From contig JAKLLA010000020.1 of NCBI GenBank assembly GCA_023150375.1, positions 13,389 to 77,388 on the forward strand: 64,000 bases of DNA, read 5' to 3'. The translations under genes were made by a program, and so were the position numbers. Below the pieces are notes generated by a model. That model was not told the origin of the DNA, did not search any database, and was given only the letters and a program-made list of their open reading frames with translations. The stretch comes from Burkholderiaceae bacterium (GTDB lineage: Bacteria > Pseudomonadota > Gammaproteobacteria > Burkholderiales > Burkholderiaceae_C). Of this stretch, positions 27,278 through 36,200 are shown one piece after another (the stretch's first letter is position 1; every line of letters starts with the position of its first letter).

Positions 27278-27336
27278 TCCGTCGCACCCCGGCGGTTCAC
27301 GACCCAGACACACGACCATCACGACAGGGAGGATCC

Positions 27337-28185
27337 ATGCAGAAGACGCAGCCACCGCAGAAACCCGGCACGCACGCCAGCCACATCGGCAGCTCGGCCA
27401 AGGCCGCCTACGAGTCCACGGTGATTCATCGTGCGATGCGTCGGGCCGGCGGCAATCCGCAGCTCAAGGGGCACATCCATGAGGTGCTGCTGCAGGACCG
27501 CATGAACCTGCGCAACGTGGCGAAGCTTTCGGGTCAACGCACCGCGCTGACCCAGAGCAGCAATGCGCCGGTGGTGGATCTGGTCACGCAGCGTGGCGGC
27601 AAGGTGGTCGAGCGGCTGCAGGTCAAGGACACGGTTTCCCCGGGTGCAGTCCAGAAACTGGTGCGGCAGGTGGCGGACGGCAAGTACCGCAGCGCCCGGA
27701 TCGTGGGCAGCGAGGAAACGGCGCGTGCAGCCAATCGGGCGTTGGAGACGGCCGGGCTGAGCAAGCGGGTCAGCAGTTCGGGCATCAGCTCGCGCACCAC
27801 GACCAGCCTGGCGCAGCGGGCCGGGGCGGCAGGCTCGGGCACGCTGGGCTCGGCGACGCTGCGTGCGGCGCAGTCCGGCGGCGCTGCCGGGGCGGCACTG
27901 GGTGCCGGGGTGGAGCTGGTGCGGGGTGTGTCGGACCTGATGGACGGCCGGCGCGATGTGGCCGATGTCGGCCTGTCGGTGGCCAAGGCCGGCGCCAAGG
28001 GCTACGCCACCGGTGCGGCGGCCAGTGCGGCGGCCACCGCGGGCGGTGCGGCCGTGACCAGTGGCCTGGCGGCCGTGGGTGCGGGGGCCGGTCTGAGCGC
28101 AGCGGCTGCGGTGGCGGCACCGCTGGTGATTGCCGTCGGGGTCGGCTGGGCGGCTGCGAGCCTCTGGGATGCGCTGTTCGACTGA
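27337..28185 (+). CDS. hypothetical protein: about 130-aa globular N-domain (possible PD-(D/E)xK-like fold) plus Gly/Ala-rich glycine-zipper/TM C-terminal half
   Basis: The ATG at 27337 lies 6 nt after GGGAGGA. The N-domain carries GHIHEVLLQDRMN ... APVVDLVTQRGGKVVERLQVKD ... AVQKLVRQV ... ARIVG. The C-half is GAAGAALGAGVELV ... GGAAVTSGLAAVGAGAGLSAAAAVAAPLVIAVGVGWAAASLWDALFD. The upstream part of track ORF 26947..28185 looks non-coding. Confidence 0.7.
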   Translation: MQKTQPPQKPGTHASHIGSSAKAAYESTVIHRAMRRAGGNPQLKGHIHEVLLQDRMNLRNVAKLSGQRTALTQSSNAPVVDLVTQRGGKVVERLQVKDTVSPGAVQKLVRQVADGKYRSARIVGSEETARAANRALETAGLSKRVSSSGISSRTTTSLAQRAGAAGSGTLGSATLRAAQSGGAAGAALGAGVELVRGVSDLMDGRRDVADVGLSVAKAGAKGYATGAAASAAATAGGAAVTSGLAAVGAGAGLSAAAAVAAPLVIAVGVGWAAASLWDALFD

Positions 28186-28277
28186 TCCGCGCGCACCGGC
28201 TGGGGCTATCGTTCACGCAGGCGTACGGCTCTGTCCCGGAGCCGTGTACCGCCATCGCCGCGTAGCCCCCTGCCGTC

Positions 28278-29468
28278 ATGAACCGAGATCCTTTCCTCTG
28301 CGAGCGCCGCGTTCTGGCCTGCGTCTGCGGCATGTCGCCTGCCGTCGTGACCGAGACCCTGTACGCGCTGGTGACGCAGCAGGACTTCGTTCCGGATGAA
28401 GTTCATGTGATTACCACCACGCAGGGGCGCGCTCGGGTGCTGCGGGACCTGCTGGGGGTGGGGGAGGCCGGCGGGACGGCGGCTTTCGAACATTTCGTCC
28501 AGGCCTACCTGCCCGGGCGTCGGCCGCGCTTCGGCACCGACTGCGTGCATGTGCTCGGCCAAGGCAACGGTGACGGTGACCGTGAGGGGCTGTCCGACAT
28601 CCGCAGCGACGATGACAACCGCAGGGCTGCCGACACTGTCTATCGCGTTCTGCGGGCACTGAAGGACCTTCCGGGAACCCGGCTGCACGCGTCGGTGGCC
28701 GGCGGCCGCAAGAGTATGAGCTTCTACATGGGGCACGCGTTCTCGCTGGTCGCCGAGCCCGGTGACCAGCTCAGCCATGTGCTGGTCGACCCCCCTTTCG
28801 AAGACCGGGTGCCGGACTTCTACTTTCCGACGCCTGAGTCGCAGTTGCTGCCGCTCTGGCAGCACGGCCAGGTGGTCGGCACGGTCGACGCGCAACTGGC
28901 GCAGGTGCGGCTGGCCGAGCTGTCCGTCCTGAAGTTGGGCGGGCTGCTGGCGAACCTGCCGGCCAAGGCGCGGGAGCGCTTCGATCTGGCTGTGTGCATT
29001 GCGCAGGCCACGATGCTGCCGCCTCAGGTTCGGCTGGTCTGGAGCGTCCAGGCCGAGCGGGGCCATGTCGACATGCTGGGTGAGCGCATCGACCTGTCGC
29101 GTCAGCAGTTCGCGGTGCTGCTGCTGCATGCATTGGTCCGATCTCACGAGACGGAGCTGCCCGGCGGTGCAGGGCTGATCGTCGAAGACTTGCCCGCCGG
29201 GCTTCTCGAGGAGATCGGCGGTCAGTCCGTCAGGGCGAGCAGTTTCAAGTCCGTGCGCTCGAAGATTCGCGCGCTGGCCCAGGCGCAGGTCGGGCCGGCA
29301 GCCGACTGGCTGCTGATCGAAGCGGTGGGCGAACGCCGGCGCGAAGAAGAACGACCACAGGCGCTGCGATTGCCGGCCCATTGCCTGACGCTGGTGGGCG
29401 TTCCCAACACGTGGTGGCAATCGTTGCGGCGAGTCCTGCTCACCCAGCGCAGCAGCGTGGCGGATTGA
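28278..29468 (+). CDS. CRISPR-associated CARF-domain protein, NE0113-like, paralogue 2
   Basis: It shares family motifs with 12854..14149: RRVLACVCGMSPAVVTETLYAL, EVHVITTTQG, HASVAGGRKSMSFYMGHAFSLVAEPGDQLSHVLVDPPFED. Confidence 0.75.
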   Translation: MNRDPFLCERRVLACVCGMSPAVVTETLYALVTQQDFVPDEVHVITTTQGRARVLRDLLGVGEAGGTAAFEHFVQAYLPGRRPRFGTDCVHVLGQGNGDGDREGLSDIRSDDDNRRAADTVYRVLRALKDLPGTRLHASVAGGRKSMSFYMGHAFSLVAEPGDQLSHVLVDPPFEDRVPDFYFPTPESQLLPLWQHGQVVGTVDAQLAQVRLAELSVLKLGGLLANLPAKARERFDLAVCIAQATMLPPQVRLVWSVQAERGHVDMLGERIDLSRQQFAVLLLHALVRSHETELPGGAGLIVEDLPAGLLEEIGGQSVRASSFKSVRSKIRALAQAQVGPAADWLLIEAVGERRREEERPQALRLPAHCLTLVGVPNTWWQSLRRVLLTQRSSVAD

Positions 29469-29574
29469 GTTGCGCCGCCGCAGCCTGCTGTCGCGCCCTG
29501 GGGCCGCGGTTGCGCGAGCACGCGTCCTGTCGGGTGACCCGCGGGCAAGAATGGCCGCGGTTGAGCGTACGGCC

Positions 29575-29961
29575 TCACCACAGCCGCCGCACCCCGAACT
29601 GATCCAGCGCCGCATCGCAACTCACCAGCACGGCGTCCTCGATCTCGGCTTGCGCGGCCAGCATGCGGTCGAAGGGGTCGCGGTGCTCAGCGGGGTGGTA
29701 GCCGGCGAGCATGGCGTGCTCCAGGGTGATGGCCAGTAGTTCGAAGCCGCTGGCGGACACCTGCCGGGTGAAGGGCGCTGCCTCGGCGGGTACGCCGGAC
29801 AGGTGGCCGCGACGCTGCTTGATCGCAATCTCCCAGGCACTGGCAACGCTGACGAGAACGACACTGTCGGCGTCGGCCATGGCGTGTCGTGCGGCGTTGC
29901 TCAGTCTCGGGCTGTCAGCCCACCACCAGAGCAGCGCATGGGTGTCGAGCAGCAGCCTCAA
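29575..29961 (-). CDS. vapC: PIN-domain toxin VapC
   Basis: MRLLLDTHALLWWWADSPRLS...SVASAWEIAIK...HRDPFDRMLAAQA is the classic VapC pattern. It has a 4-nt overlap with the upstream antitoxin gene. Confidence 0.85.
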   Translation of the reverse strand: MRLLLDTHALLWWWADSPRLSNAARHAMADADSVVLVSVASAWEIAIKQRRGHLSGVPAEAAPFTRQVSASGFELLAITLEHAMLAGYHPAEHRDPFDRMLAAQAEIEDAVLVSCDAALDQFGVRRLW

Positions 29962-30200
29962 CGCCCGCCCTCCCAGTCGGCGAGATCCTCTTCGGACATG
30001 GGGTCGAAGAAGCTGTCATCCAGCACGATGCCAGGGAGGGCGCCGGGTTTGCGTGCCTTCTTCGGCGCATCCAACGGTACCAGCCTCGCATAGGGCTTGC
30101 CTGCCTTGGCCAGCACGATCTCCTCGCCGGCATGAGCCCGTTCGAGCAACCGCGAGAAGTGGGTTTTGGCTTCGTGAACGTTGATCACGGTCTGGGCCAT
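29958..30200 (-). CDS. Phd/YefM-family antitoxin
   Basis: MAQTVINVHEAKTHFSRLLERAHAGEEIVLAKAGKPYARLVPL is the Phd/YefM N-terminal signature. Confidence 0.85.
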   Translation of the reverse strand: MAQTVINVHEAKTHFSRLLERAHAGEEIVLAKAGKPYARLVPLDAPKKARKPGALPGIVLDDSFFDPMSEEDLADWEGGR

Positions 30201-30249
30201 GACTGGGCTCCATGCAGGTCGAGGGGCGCATCTTAACGCTCCGCCGCAA

Positions 30250-30268
30250 AGTGGACCAAACAGTGGAC
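30250..30268. promoter_or_regulatory. direct repeat AGTGGAC-N5-AGTGGAC in the divergent phd / cas2 intergenic region
   Basis: aAGTGGACcaaacAGTGGACtaa lies in the lower-GC centre of the 155-nt region between the phd start (30200, minus) and the cas2 start (30356, plus). It is a candidate operator. No functional evidence. Confidence 0.25.
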
Positions 30269-30355
30269 TAACCCGAACGAGGTGTTCGCAAGCTTGCCGT
30301 TCCCCCCCGCCCGGCCGCAGCCCGCGAACAATGGCGTCACCCCCCAGCCGACGCC

Positions 30356-30643
30356 ATGTCCAGCCTCTCCCGCCACCTCTACCTCGCCGCCTACGACATC
30401 GGTGACGACCGCCGCCGCATCGGGGCGCTGAAGCTGCTGCGTGCCTATGCCACCGGCGGGCAGAAGTCGGTGCACGAGGTCTGGCTGACCGACGGCGACA
30501 AGCGCAGCGTGCTGGCCGACATGGCCTACATCCTCGACGTGCAGGACCGCTTCGCGCTGATCCGGCTCGACCCGCGCAGCGCGCCGCGCATCATCGGCCG
30601 GGCCCAGCCGCCGGCCGACCCGGACTACTTCTACATCGGCTGA
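30356..30643 (+). CDS. cas2: Cas2
   Basis: 95 aa. HLYLAAYDIGDDRRRIGALKLLRAYATGGQKSVHEVWL has the Cas2 ferredoxin-fold pattern with the YDI Asp. Confidence 0.85.
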   Translation: MSSLSRHLYLAAYDIGDDRRRIGALKLLRAYATGGQKSVHEVWLTDGDKRSVLADMAYILDVQDRFALIRLDPRSAPRIIGRAQPPADPDYFYIG

Positions 30644-30657
30644 GGAGGCCCTGCCCC

Positions 30658-31674
30658 ATGTCCACCCTGCTGCTCGACCGTGCCGGCCTCGAAGTGCGCC
30701 GCGACGGCAACGCCCTGGCGCTGTACGAAGCGGGCGAGCGCCGCGGCAGCGTGCCGCTGGCGCTGCTCGAGCGCTGCGTCATCCAGGGCGTGCAGACCCG
30801 GCTGGACTCGGGCGTGCTGCTCGCCCTGGCCGAGGCCGGCGTGACCACCGTGCTGTTCAGCCCGCGTGCCGGTCGCCGCGTGGCCACCGTGCTCGGTCCG
30901 GCGCACAACGACGCCGCCGTGCGCCTGGCCCAGGCGCTGCGCTGCGCCGATGCCCCCTGGTGCGCGCAGTGGGCCCGCGAGCTGGTGCGCGCCAAGCTGG
31001 CCCGGCAGCGCCGCGTGCTGCGGCAGTGGCTGGCGGCCCGGCCGGATGCCCGCAAGCCGCTGGCCGACGCCCTGGCTGCGGTGGACGCTGCGCTGCAGCG
31101 CCTGGCCGATGCGGCGGCGCAGCCGGACAGCGCGCCCGACGCCGCGGCGCTGCGTGGCATCGAAGGCGCGGCCGCGCGCGCCCACTTCGCCGGGCTGGCG
31201 GCCGTGCTGCCGCCCGCGCTGGGCTTTGCCGGGCGCAACCGCCGCCCGCCGCGCGACCCGGCCAACGTCTGCCTGTCGCTGGGCTACAGCCTGCTGCATG
31301 TCGAGGCCGTGCAGGCCTGCTGGATGCGCGGGCTGGACCCGCTGCTGGGCTTCTACCACCGCCCCGCCTTCGGCCGCGAGTCGCTGGCCAGCGACCTGAT
31401 CGAGCCGCTGCGCGCCGCGGTGGACCTCTGGGCCTGGGAGCTGCTGCGCAGCCGCCGCCTGCGCGAGGAGCACTTCAGCTTCGACCGCGGCGCCTGCCTG
31501 CTCGGCAAGGCCGGCCGCAGCATCTTCTACGCCGCCTGGGCCGGCGACGTGCCGCCGCTGCGCCGCTGGCTGCGCCTGCGCGCCGCAGCCCTGGCCCGCC
31601 AGCTGCGTGGCGAAGGCCTGGCCTGGGTGGACGCCGACCCCGACGACGAGGAAGCCGTGCCCGCCGGCCCCTGA
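30658..31674 (+). CDS. cas1: Cas1 integrase
   Basis: 338 aa. N-terminal beta domain, then LRGIEGAAARAHF (Glu), NVCLSLGYSLL, and GLDPLLGFYHRPAFGRESLASDLIEPLR (His and acidic residues). This is the full Cas1 catalytic set. Confidence 0.9.
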   Translation: MSTLLLDRAGLEVRRDGNALALYEAGERRGSVPLALLERCVIQGVQTRLDSGVLLALAEAGVTTVLFSPRAGRRVATVLGPAHNDAAVRLAQALRCADAPWCAQWARELVRAKLARQRRVLRQWLAARPDARKPLADALAAVDAALQRLADAAAQPDSAPDAAALRGIEGAAARAHFAGLAAVLPPALGFAGRNRRPPRDPANVCLSLGYSLLHVEAVQACWMRGLDPLLGFYHRPAFGRESLASDLIEPLRAAVDLWAWELLRSRRLREEHFSFDRGACLLGKAGRSIFYAAWAGDVPPLRRWLRLRAAALARQLRGEGLAWVDADPDDEEAVPAGP

Positions 31675-31808
31675 CGGCCCGGGCGCCCCAGGCCCTCCAG
31701 GCCCCCCGGACCCCCGCACTTGCACCTCGACACCCGGCCCCTTCCTCGTCCCCCAACGCCTGAGCGCACCGGCTTCCACCGCTTCCCTCGACCCTTCACC
31801 GCCCCGCC

Positions 31809-32696
31809 ATGCACACCCCGCCCCGCGACGGCCTCCCCCGTGACCCTGCCCGCAGCCCTGCCGCGGCCGGTGCATCGGGCTGGGCGTCGGCCGGCGGCGG
31901 GCCGCTACGGCGCGGGCCGTTGCCGCGCGCGGCCGACGCCCGCACCCTCTACCTGGCCGCCGCGGAGCGCCTGCGCGTCACCTCCACCGGTGAGGCCCTG
32001 GTGATCGGCCGGCCCGATGCGCCGCATCTGGGCGCGCAGCGCATTCCCGTGGCGCGGGTGCTGCGCATCGTCTGCGGCGACAGCGCCGAATGGAGCGGCG
32101 CCGCGCTGGCGCTGTGCCAGCAGCGCGGCATCACCATCACCTGGCTGAACGGCCGCGGCGAAGCTGCCGGCCACCTCTGGCCCGAACGCCCGCGCCGGGT
32201 CGACCTGGCCGATGCGCTGAACGTGCTGGCCGCCGACGACCCAGGCTGGAGCGATGCCTACCGCCACTGGCTGCGCCACCAGCGCCTGGCCGTGCTGCAG
32301 ACCTGGCAGGCCGAGCGCGGCGCGGCCGGCCAGCCTGTGCGCGAGGCCGAGTGGCAGGAAGCCAAGCGCCGCTGGGTCTACCGCGACGAGCCGCCCGAGC
32401 TGCTGCCCGCCCTGCTGCACGGACTGGCCGCCGCGCTGGTCACGCACCGCCTGAGCGAATGCGGCCTGCTGCCGCACTACTGGTGCTGCGTCGGCGAGCC
32501 GGTCGAACTGGCGCACGACCTGACCCGCCTGATCTGGGCCGAGATGAACTACTGCGCCGGCCCCCTGGCCGCTGCCGTCGACCAGCCGCGCGAGGCCGCC
32601 GCCATCTTCGAGCGCTGGAGCGGCCGCTGCGTCGGCGCCCTGCACCAGCACCTGGCCAACCTGCGCGCGCATGCGCTGCGCGAGCTGGCCTGCTGA
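31809..32696 (+). CDS. divergent Cas1-like protein (probably lacking the catalytic His/Glu)
   Basis: TLYLAAAERLRVTSTGEALVI...RIPVARVLRIVCGDSAEWSGAALALCQQRGITITWLNGRGEAAGHLWP parallels the Cas1 N-domain. CGLLPHYWCCVGEPVELAHDLTRLIW aligns by eye with GLDPLLGFYHRPAFGRESLASDLIEPLR, but His and Glu are replaced. The N-terminal 45 aa are low-complexity, so the true start may be further downstream. Confidence 0.6.
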   Translation: MHTPPRDGLPRDPARSPAAAGASGWASAGGGPLRRGPLPRAADARTLYLAAAERLRVTSTGEALVIGRPDAPHLGAQRIPVARVLRIVCGDSAEWSGAALALCQQRGITITWLNGRGEAAGHLWPERPRRVDLADALNVLAADDPGWSDAYRHWLRHQRLAVLQTWQAERGAAGQPVREAEWQEAKRRWVYRDEPPELLPALLHGLAAALVTHRLSECGLLPHYWCCVGEPVELAHDLTRLIWAEMNYCAGPLAAAVDQPREAAAIFERWSGRCVGALHQHLANLRAHALRELAC

Positions 32697-32750
32697 GGAC
32701 CTGCCCGGTTCGTCCGCCCCTGCCCCGTCGCCGCCTCCAGGAGCCGCCCC

Positions 32751-33092
32751 ATGAGCCTGCACGAGAAGACCCGCTGGATCGTCACCTACGACATCCACGA
32801 CCCGCGCTGCGGCGTCAAGGTGCACCGCCTGCTCGAGGGCTGGGGCCTGCCGCTGCAGTACAGCGTCTTCGTCGTGCCGGCCAGCGCGGCCGAACTGCAG
32901 CAGCTGATGCAGGCGCTGGAAGAGCTGATCGACCCCGTCACCGACGACGTGCGCGCCTACCGCTGGCCCGAACAGGCCGAGGTGCACCTGCTCGGCCGCC
33001 CCCTGCTGCCCGACGAGGTGCTGCTCGGCCCCCCGGCAAAAAACCCCGCCGCCCCCGCCCGCCGCCGCGTGCGCCGCAGCGCCCTGGCGTAG
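32751..33092 (+). CDS. second Cas2-like protein
   Basis: TRWIVTYDIHDPRCGVKVHRLLEGWGLPLQYSVFVVPASAAELQQLMQALEELIDPVTDDVRAYRW is the Cas2 pattern (YDI ... Q.SVF ... D.vR.Y). Its TAG stop is the first triplet of the conserved leader block. Confidence 0.75.
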   Translation: MSLHEKTRWIVTYDIHDPRCGVKVHRLLEGWGLPLQYSVFVVPASAAELQQLMQALEELIDPVTDDVRAYRWPEQAEVHLLGRPLLPDEVLLGPPAKNPAAPARRRVRRSALA

Positions 33093-33233
33093 ACTGCACA
33101 GCGGTGACGACCCCGCCCCGCCGAGATGCGCCCTGCACCCCGACCCCTGCCGCGAGGCCGCTTCCCGGCCGCCGCGAAAGTTGTCAAGCACCCTCGCAAG
33201 TGCTTGTCGGCATTGAACTTTTCGGCGCGTGGA
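33093..33233 (+). promoter_or_regulatory. CRISPR leader of array 2
   Basis: Homologous to 9409-9543 and contains the same CAAGCAC-N8-GTGCTTG inverted repeat (33185-33206). Confidence 0.6.
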
Positions 33234-36200
33234 GTCTGAACCGATGCCCTGTTTTCGAAGGGATTAAGACGCACTTGCCAGACTGGCAAGCGTCAGGGAG
33301 ATGTCTGAACCGATGCCCTGTTTTCGAAGGGATTAAGACAGAGCTGGCAGCCGGTGGACTCGCGGCGTCTGGCGTCTGAACCGATGCCCTGTTTTCGAAG
33401 GGATTAAGACACGGCGCGGCGCATGTTGTTTTCGATGCGTTCGGTCTGAACCGATGCCCTGTTTTCGAAGGGATTAAGACCGCACGGTGCTTGCGGTCTC
33501 GGGGCCGTCGTGCGGTCTGAACCGATGCCCTGTTTTCGAAGGGATTAAGACCGCGGCGGCGGCGGCCACCTTGGCGCGCCCCTTGGTCTGAACCGATGCC
33601 CTGTTTTCGAAGGGATTAAGACGTAACAAGACGCGCGGCGGCGGCGCTGGTGGCGGGTCTGAACCGATGCCCTGTTTTCGAAGGGATTAAGACGACTGGC
33701 AAGCGTCAGGGAGATGGAATCTTCACGGTCTGAACCGATGCCCTGTTTTCGAAGGGATTAAGACTCGGACGCGCCTTGCCCTTCGCCACGGCTTGTTGTC
33801 TGAACCGATGCCCTGTTTTCGAAGGGATTAAGACGAACCGCCTGACGCGCCTTCTTGGTTGCCTGAAGTCTGAACCGATGCCCTGTTTTCGAAGGGATTA
33901 AGACTCGCCTGACATCACGATGAAGCCTTCGTGGCCGGTCTGAACCGATGCCCTGTTTTCGAAGGGATTAAGACCCCCAGCATGACACTGACTTTGTGTT
34001 GCCCGTGCGTCTGAACCGATGCCCTGTTTTCGAAGGGATTAAGACGATGCGGGCGCCGCGGGTGTTCGTCGGGCCGTGGGTCTGAACCGATGCCCTGTTT
34101 TCGAAGGGATTAAGACAAGTCGCGCTTGGCGGAGAGGTAGGCGCGGAACTGTCTGAACCGATGCCCTGTTTTCGAAGGGATTAAGACTCGGGCGGTGGTA
34201 CTTCCTGCGCGGCTCTTCCTGTCTGAACCGATGCCCTGTTTTCGAAGGGATTAAGACCCGTCATCGCCGACGTACAGATCCACGGACCCGTGTCTGAACC
34301 GATGCCCTGTTTTCGAAGGGATTAAGACGCCGCCGACATACCGGGCCGACTCAATCAAGGGGGTCTGAACCGATGCCCTGTTTTCGAAGGGATTAAGACG
34401 TGGCCTTGGTGCACCAGCCAACAAGGCCGGCGGGTCTGAACCGATGCCCTGTTTTCGAAGGGATTAAGACTTCTCGGCGGCGGCGGTGGCCTTGGTGGCC
34501 TCGGTCTGAACCGATGCCCTGTTTTCGAAGGGATTAAGACGACATCAGCGGGGCCGCATCATCGTGGGTGGCTTGTCTGAACCGATGCCCTGTTTTCGAA
34601 GGGATTAAGACAACAAGGTGTCCACCATTGCTTTGGACAGCCGATGTCTGAACCGATGCCCTGTTTTCGAAGGGATTAAGACGCGTGGTAGGTTTCTTCC
34701 CCTTCCATCCGAACGGTCTGAACCGATGCCCTGTTTTCGAAGGGATTAAGACTCTTGTTCTAGCGCGCTGCAGCGCGCCCGGTAGTGTCTGAACCGATGC
34801 CCTGTTTTCGAAGGGATTAAGACGCAAGGCTAGCCAACGTCAACGAGATGGAATCTTGTCTGAACCGATGCCCTGTTTTCGAAGGGATTAAGACAAGGTA
34901 GCCATGCTGTGCCCATAGTTCTGGTTCGTCTGAACCGATGCCCTGTTTTCGAAGGGATTAAGACTAAAAGCGGCGTCTAGCTGGCTCTTGTCCAAGTCTG
35001 AACCGATGCCCTGTTTTCGAAGGGATTAAGACGCCAGACGATCCACAACGGTGAGATGTCCACCATGTCTGAACCGATGCCCTGTTTTCGAAGGGATTAA
35101 GACCAAGCTGCAGGCCCGGCCGGCGCCGGCCGACAGCGTCTGAACCGATGCCCTGTTTTCGAAGGGATTAAGACTCAGGGCCCGGTTCTGGGCCCGGATC
35201 TCGGCCAGGTCTGAACCGATGCCCTGTTTTCGAAGGGATTAAGACACCATCTTGACGACGTGCTTGTCGCAGTGGGCTGTCTGAACCGATGCCCTGTTTT
35301 CGAAGGGATTAAGACTTAACTATGCTGCCGCGATTCACGCCGCATAGGGTCTGAACCGATGCCCTGTTTTCGAAGGGATTAAGACGCCTTACCTTTCTCT
35401 TCAGCCGCCTTGCACGCCGTCTGAACCGATGCCCTGTTTTCGAAGGGATTAAGACGTCGATTTCCAGGCGCAGGCGGACGTTCGTTTCGTCTGAACCGAT
35501 GCCCTGTTTTCGAAGGGATTAAGACGATCGGCTCGGATCGCCCGCAGGGTCGCAATAAGTCTGAACCGATGCCCTGTTTTCGAAGGGATTAAGACTCTTC
35601 CTCGAGGCTGGCGCAACGGGCCTTGTAGGTCTGAACCGATGCCCTGTTTTCGAAGGGATTAAGACAATCCTCACGGTCGCCTTTTACGGCAGCGCGAAGG
35701 TCTGAACCGATGCCCTGTTTTCGAAGGGATTAAGACCAGGCCGCTTTCAGTGTTGCCAGTTCCTCTTCAAGTCTGAACCGATGCCCTGTTTTCGAAGGGA
35801 TTAAGACTGACCGTCGTCCCGTTCCTGGGCATGCTTCAGGTCTGAACCGATGCCCTGTTTTCGAAGGGATTAAGACCACGACCCCGGCCCTGGACGAGCG
35901 CTACCTGTCTGAACCGATGCCCTGTTTTCGAAGGGATTAAGACTGATCTGGACCATGTTGGCCTTGGTGTTGGGGATGTCTGAACCGATGCCCTGTTTTC
36001 GAAGGGATTAAGACTTGTTCGGACATGATGATGATGGTGAAGATGAAGGTCTGAACCGATGCCCTGTTTTCGAAGGGATTAAGACTCCAGTAGGCGATGT
36101 CACGGGCAGCTCCAGCCGCGTCTGAACCGATGCCCTGTTTTCGAAGGGATTAAGACTGGAATCTTCGCGATCATTCTTGACGGCAGCGCGGTCTGAACCG

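Noticed and set aside
26947-27336. N-terminal 130 aa of track ORF 26947..28185, which would make a 412-aa protein starting inside the remnant array
   Set aside because: The upstream part is Arg/Gly-rich low-complexity sequence and overlaps a better-looking ORF (27020..27277) in another frame. A strong SD (GGGAGGA) precedes the internal ATG at 27337.
28225-28245. Hairpin acggctc-tgtcccg-gagccgt between the 282-aa membrane protein gene and CARF-2, as an intrinsic terminator
   Set aside because: It has only a 7-bp stem and no downstream U-tract. It cannot be distinguished from chance GC-rich secondary structure.
34612-35066. Array-2 spacers 20 and 26 share tgtccaccat (aacaaggtgtccaccattgc... 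and ...ggtgagatgtccaccat)
   Set aside because: Only a 10-nt identity is present. The flanks do not align cleanly without an indel, and I could not establish a consistent frame. It may be a chance match or a repeated motif.
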